Below are positions 57,900 through 64,000 of a DNA stretch of 64,000 bases, piece after piece. The notes beneath the pieces are model-generated. The model saw only the letters and a list, made by a program, of their open reading frames with translations, ran no database searches and was not told the origin of the DNA. The stretch's first letter is position 1, and the number at the start of each line of letters is the position of its first letter. The position numbers and the translations under genes are program-made. Source of the DNA: the human T2T-CHM13v2.0 reference genome, Homo sapiens. The stretch lies in NCBI RefSeq assembly GCF_009914755.1, contig NC_060933.1. One strand, written 5' to 3'.

Positions 57900-58200
57900 C
57901 AGGAAAATCATTTTCCAATTAGTCAGCAGGTTTCAGCGTCATTACCTTTGAGATCAGATTTGCTACCATTCAAAAACGCATCAGAGGCAGTGGAGGAAGA
58001 GTTAAGCATCATTCCTGGCATGCTAGGTCTGGGAGGAGGTGAAATTAGATTAGCTGCAGGAAAACGGGAGGGTTTACATTACCAGAGGGGCTCTACCTGG
58101 CTCCAGGCTTAACAGTGAACAAGGCTTTCAGCATATGGCATTACAATGGATTAGTGATCAAGTACGATTAATCCTAATAGATCGTCTTTTGAACCTCAGT
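57900..58200. promoter_or_regulatory. Candidate developmental enhancer (SOX, K50-homeodomain and E-box motif cluster)
   Basis: CATATG 58132, ACAAT 58143, GGATTA 58148, GATTAATCC 58166-58174; motif evidence only. Confidence 0.35.
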
Positions 58201-60797
58201 GGCTTGTTAGGTGAGAAAAAATTGTCTGTCCCCAAAGTGTCAGGTGAAACTCTCATTTGAGGTAAGACCGCCATGTGGAGATGGGTCTCCATCTGGTGGC
58301 TTCCTTTTGTGAAACTCCACCAGAAGGTGTTTTAATGAGGCTTTTATAGCAGGCACCACCTGCCACTAATCTTCCCCTCTAAAAAGGTGTAATTGAGGGT
58401 TGGTTTTACAGTATGGCTCATATCCTAACCTTGGGAATTCATCAAGAAATGCAAATCTGGGTGGGACGGTGTAATCATGAAATGCCATTTTGGCTTTTGG
58501 TTTAGACTGAAGTAGTTATAGAAATTTGTGGTGGGCTAATTACAACCAGCTATATAGTAGCTTCCCCTTTTCAGTTAGATCAATGCGTGTGTCATCTCAG
58601 AATTAAATAACCAAGTTGATGGTGACCATATGTGTTCATTCAATTTTTTGCACATGTAAAGAGTTGCAAGGCTGCTAGTGGTTCACACAATTTAAAGGTT
58701 TCATTTACACTATTAAGGTTTAACTGGTTTGAATTCACTGCACATTCGTCCTCTTAGTAGATGCTTCAGTTCTACAATGCATTACTTCAATGAGACATGA
58801 GCAGATTACAAAATCACCGGCTCATTTTCTATCTATGAGACCTGGGGAGTAGAGGTATTTTTCTTTATGTCTTAAGATACAGATTTCTGTTACACTGCTA
58901 TGCTGGCAGGTTAGTTATTGATTATGCTGACATTTCTACCCAGGACTTCAAAATATAAGACGCTGTAGAAGATGGAGTATTATAGAACTTTGATTTTTTA
59001 ATTCAACATGAGTTAAGCTCTTACTATATACTAGTTAATGTTGCTACAGATTAGGAAATATTATTATTAACAGTAACAACAATAATATTACACAGACTCT
59101 GCTTCCCAATAGTGTGGTATCATTTTGTTTTCATTCTTGTGCTCCTCAGAACATTTTTGAAAATCATTTCCTTTTGCTAGTACCATCTTAGAATAATACG
59201 TTAAGAAACATTTCAGCTGTATATAATCAAATCAGTAAAATAGTATATATACTTAGATAAATTTCAATATTTGATGTTCATGTATACTCCATTTTAAAAG
59301 TCAAAGAAATGCATGGCTCCTGTTTACTTGCCTTTCAATTACTAGTTTAATGATAGAGTACTGCAAGAAAGGTAGATGACCCAAAATATCCCCAAATCCA
59401 AACCTGCTTTACAGTTTGAGTTTGGAACAGCATTTATAAATATTGAAATATGACTTTAAAACAGAAGACATAAACTGGCATCCCAAAGGCTCTGACCTGC
59501 AGTTTTGTATTTGGGCTTTTATTATTTTTGTTTGCTGGACTACCCAGGGTTTGTGTTTTTTAATACAAATTTGAATCCATGTGGACATAATACACTCTTT
59601 CCTTTTCACCAAAGGCCTTGTTTACTTCCCAATCTCACACCAAAGCACACTGACAAAACTGAATCCCAGAACTAAATAAGGCTGATATTCACACAAGTTT
59701 GTGAGCATTGATCCCATTACTTTACAATCAATCCCTCAGCTTGTCTCCATGCACGCAGTGAAGCCCGTGGGGATGTATGGGTGAGGGAGAAGGCAGGAAC
59801 CTACCCAATTAGCAGGATCACAGAAGCCAAATCTACCATTTGTAGGGCTCAACATTTTATAACTATTTTGCTCCCCCAACCCTAAAGTCCTTGCTACACA
59901 ACCAGAAGCCAGAAACTGGAGGGACAGGATAGGTAAGAAGATAAGACCACATTATTTAACCTATTTTCCACTTAGAAAAAGATTTTATGATCAGTTTGAA
60001 AACATGTAACTCTAAGTTCAACCTTCCCAATGGCTTTCTCCAGGAAATTCAGTTCTCACAGACATGAATGATTAGAACTAATCCTGCCAAAGAAAAAGAG
60101 TACATGAATATTGTTCTCTCATTGACAGGAGAATGAAGTTGATTATATTTTTCTTTAGCCTTTGACAAATTGGAAAATCAGTCTATCCTTTCCCCTAAAT
60201 AATCCCTCAGTGTTGGTTTAATTCAGAGAAAATAATAGCTGCCTGAAGGTTAAATGACTGCCTGACACACAGTCTGTCTCTTAATATTGGCTATGTCCAT
60301 GCATCATATTAAAGAAGTATCCAACTTCTCCCTGCCTCAGGTTTTCCACCTATTTTACTCATTCCACTAATATCATCATCAGACCCAGCCTTAAGAATTA
60401 TTATGAAGCAAGAAAATGTTGTCTTTGAAGTTTCCTCACTCGATGCTGCCCTTTAGTTTCCTTTACTGTCTGGTAATGCTCTTCCTGATTGCAGCCCCTC
60501 TCCAACTCTGGGACACGATGCCAGGGCTTCCAGCCTCAGACAGTTCACAACCACATCTGTCCATCCGTGTCTCTCCAGCCCAACCTCCCTGGGCCGTGAT
60601 TTTCTAGCTACTTTCACCGAGCACCTGGTTGTAAAGTGGGTTTTTGTGCCTTGTGATTTTGGACTTTTTAAAGCATTCCGTCTTAAGCCAGGGGAATGGT
60701 TTTCTTGCTAAAAATGAATAAAAGCTCTGTAGCTGGATTAGGGAATCATATAAGACCAGAAGAGGCCTATGGATCGCCAAATCATACCATGCTTTGC

Positions 60798-60958
60798 CAG
60801 GCGCCCGTCACCATGCCTCGATAGTTTTTTGTATTTTTAGTAGAGATGAGGTTTCACTGTGTTGTCCAGGCTGGTCTCCAGCTTCTGAACTCAAGCAATC
60901 TGCCCACCTCGGCCTCCCAAAGTGTTGGGATTACAGGCGTGAGCCACCATGCCCAGCC
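60798..60958 (-). mobile_element. 3'-truncated, tailless Alu
   Basis: Left monomer, linker and ~25 nt of right arm; no poly-A and no TSD seen. Confidence 0.9.
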
Positions 60959-61494
60959 AATGTGGATTTTTATGAGAGTGAGACAGTTATCCGGGTGTGT
61001 TTCCTGTGACTTTTAGGACTTGAAGATAGTCGCAATGGAGGTATATTGGCTAAAACTTTGTAATTCCATATTTTTGGTAATAAGTAGGTGAGTAGTCGCT
61101 TCTCTGGCTCAGCTAGACGTCAAATAAATTTCTTTAAACTCTTTTCTTCCTCACACAACATTCACCAGCATAGTGACGCTGGGTTGTATTCTGTGTAAAA
61201 TTTACATCCCTCGGTATCTTCAGTTTACTACCGTTTGTCCTCTTTCATAAATTATGTCTTTATTTTATTCTTCAGCATTCACCTTTCCAGCTCTCCTATG
61301 CTCTCCCTAAGAGCCTTGCAGTGTGCCATTCTTCCTCTGGAGAACCCACCTGTAAATAAATTTTCCCCCCTCAGACTTTCTACATGAATCCCAAAAACGA
61401 GGTTGGCTCACCTTGACATTTTATTGTTATCTGGCATTTTACCCTCTATCTTCCTCAGTATGACACATATGTTTGTAACTGAGGCCAGGAAAGT

Positions 61495-61562
61495 TTTAAA
61501 AGAAGAGAAAAGAAGAAGAGAGAAAAGGAGGAGAGGGAGGAGCAGAAAGGACCAGGAAGAAG
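61495..61562. repeat. Purine-rich (GA) low-complexity tract
   Basis: Read directly. Confidence 0.8.
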
Positions 61563-61789
61563 ATTTTTGTTTAAATCCTTGTTTCTGTTTTAGATAAATT
61601 ATTTGGACACTAATCCATCTCCCTAGAATCAGATAAAAATGTAGGTAAGCAAACTTAGATGAATTTCTCTATAAGCATGAGAATTACTCACCCAAAACAC
61701 TAGAATAGGTGTAGCGTCGTCCCTGAAAACAAGTTGGTGGCATCTGGCAGAGGTTCACAAAAGTGCTTGTGAGACTTATATGAATGGAA

Positions 61790-61890
61790 GATTCCTGAAG
61801 CAGCACAAGATTTTGATTTAGTAGACCTGGGTTGAATTCCAGGAATTTCAATTTTTAACAACCACCCACAGTGGTTCTGATACTGTTCTA
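61790..61890. mobile_element. MER5-like fragment
   Basis: gattttgatttagtagacctggg..ccaggaatttcaatttttaacaa..gtggttctgat. Confidence 0.55.
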
Positions 61891-64000
61891 GAGAAAGAAT
61901 ATTTCAAAGTTTTGGGCTATTTCATCAAGATCTTCATTACTCTCCTTGGCCCTTTGAGAATCCTGAGTGAGGAATTTCAAAGATGAATGTGTGTAGAGAA
62001 AGAGCATGTTGCATAGAGAAACAGTAAATTTTATTACATGTTATGCATTTTTTAATTTAAAGAAGAGCTATCTTGGACCAGTTATGCTCCATAAATACAG
62101 CATATAAGCATTAAACTTAAAAAAGAAAGAGTCTAGTATCTGAAACAGTTATTGTCTACTCACCAAAAGAACTGGAATGATTATAGGCAGCCCAGGCCAG
62201 GTATGTAATGTGGGTGTTAAGACTCTGTTTACAAAAACCAATGTGGGAAGGCATGGAATTTCCAGACTGAGTGCTACTTGTGTATACAGTTCCTCAATTT
62301 GTATTCTATAGGAACCCAAAGTTTGTTTGTTTGCTGCCGGAGCAAATCTCGCAATGCAGCAAAGCTGGACATTCCATAGCTCCTAAGCTGATGTGTTGCC
62401 CTGCCTGCCCTATGCTTCCCTCCTTGTCCACTCTAGCCAATTCCTTAATGAGCATCTGATTTAGATAAACTATAACTGTTCAGAGCATTATTGTTTAAAG
62501 CCCCCATGCCAGCTGACAGCACTATAAACTTTGAAATCACCAATCAGTAATTATCTTCATATATTCATGATGAAATAAAGTTGCAGAGAAAGCCAGTTTT
62601 TGTTTCGAGAATACCTTCTTTTAGTTCTTTTAGGGTGGTTGTGATACTCACGGCCACTGGATAGTCTCATGCACAAAGAAATTCAAGTTGCATAAAGCAA
62701 AAGTATCCAAACATGAAGGGCAATGATAGCATCCCAGCCTTTGGCCAAAAAAAGGACCCGATTCAATAATTTTGGGCTGGGTCAACCAGTACTTGAAATT
62801 TAAGTTTTTTACCCAACATTTCTATCATATATAAAGGATTGCAGGTAGACGTGGACTACTAGTACATAATATAAACCACTATTTTTTTAAACTCAGAATC
62901 TACCTGTGCATTCATTCTGAAGCTTATCTTTTATTCCTAAAGCCTGCAAACCAGATGTAATACTAACTTTCAGCAAGCAGGCCTGGTGCTTACTCAGGAG
63001 AAAGTTTCCCTTCTTTGCTTTCATCCATAGGACTTTCTATTCTGAGACTGTTTGACTTCATCCCTGATTGATCTTTAACTGGCATGCATTAAAAGACTCT
63101 CCCTGAATAATAAGTGCCATGGAAATAGGCACCTTTCATCTTTGGAGGCAAAGGAGCCCTGTGCCACATGGTGGGGTGGCAGTTCCTTTGATCAGCATTT
63201 CTTTACTAGAGCCCAGCAACTGAGTCACCCTACCAGGCACAGCAATACAATAGGCATCCAGTATCCCAGCGGAACCAGTGCTAAGCAGTGATTGGGAATT
63301 TCCATCAGAGTATCTTAATCCACTAGTCTGAGTTGTCACCATGAGTTCCATGATGCCCATTAAAATGACTTCAGGTCACCTTTACTGAGCCTGCCCATTC
63401 ACTCCAAAACAATTATCCTAATCCCCTAGCAGGCCCAATCCCTCAACACTTATGAAGTGCCCTCCTACGCAGGGTGCTGACATTTTCCAACAACACTGGC
63501 CTCTTTGAAATGCCAATCAAAAGTCCTCCTTGTTAAAATACACGACCCTCTCTGCAAGTATAAACAGACCTTCATGCATCACCACTACCACCATCATTAA
63601 AAAGCACTTACAGAACACCCACCTGTGCATGATGCTGTGCAGCCCGGCCCAGAGCAAGCAAGTGTTCCAAGTGCTGACCTGAGGAAGGAGTGGCTACAAC
63701 CCTGCCACTTCAGGGTTCTTCTGCTGTTTATTTAACACAGACTGTGCCTAGGGGCATGGGCCTGCAGCAGACCATTTCTGGTAGGTGGGTAATTGCCCCA
63801 AGAGAATTAATTAGCTGCTTAACAGAGCAGATCTAGGAAATGTAGTGTGTGACAAAGCTCACCATTAAAGTTTTTCCAAAATGCTACTTCCCAACATGTT
63901 AGTTACCACTCCCCAGTACTCAACTACTTGGTTCTGCACGGGGTGATTCGGAAGGATCTTTCACAGTTATTTTCCTTCCCTACATACTGTCACCCTATTG

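Overview
Primate (most likely human or great-ape) non-coding DNA, intergenic or deep intronic. AluY, a young L1PA and the anthropoid mariner Hsmar1 support this assignment. I could not identify the locus or any host protein-coding exon; every recognisable ORF in the track is a fragment of LINE-1 ORF1/ORF2 or of a dead Hsmar1 transposase. Bases 1-11 kb are a nested LINE-1 stack: an old L1M, a near-full-length L1PB/old-L1PA-type element, and a twin-primed 5'-inverted L1PA with its TSD. The rest is unique sequence with Alus, MIR/L2, MaLR LTRs, hAT/Tigger MITEs, two 5'-truncated L1PAs and one near-full-length Hsmar1. Structure I cannot explain by known repeats: (1) a diverged ~510-bp inverted duplication (49160-49668 vs 51067-51576) with a perfect 41-bp core, next to a CpG- and homeobox-motif-rich element; (2) a ~125-bp hairpin at 14315-14440 fused to a ~65-bp segment repeated 1 kb downstream, both copies carrying a splice-donor motif; (3) an AT-rich palindrome and array at 18.4-18.9 kb; (4) a five-monomer Alu. 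No new protein-coding system is supported. Subfamily names come from recalled consensus sequences, and boundaries of old repeats are approximate.
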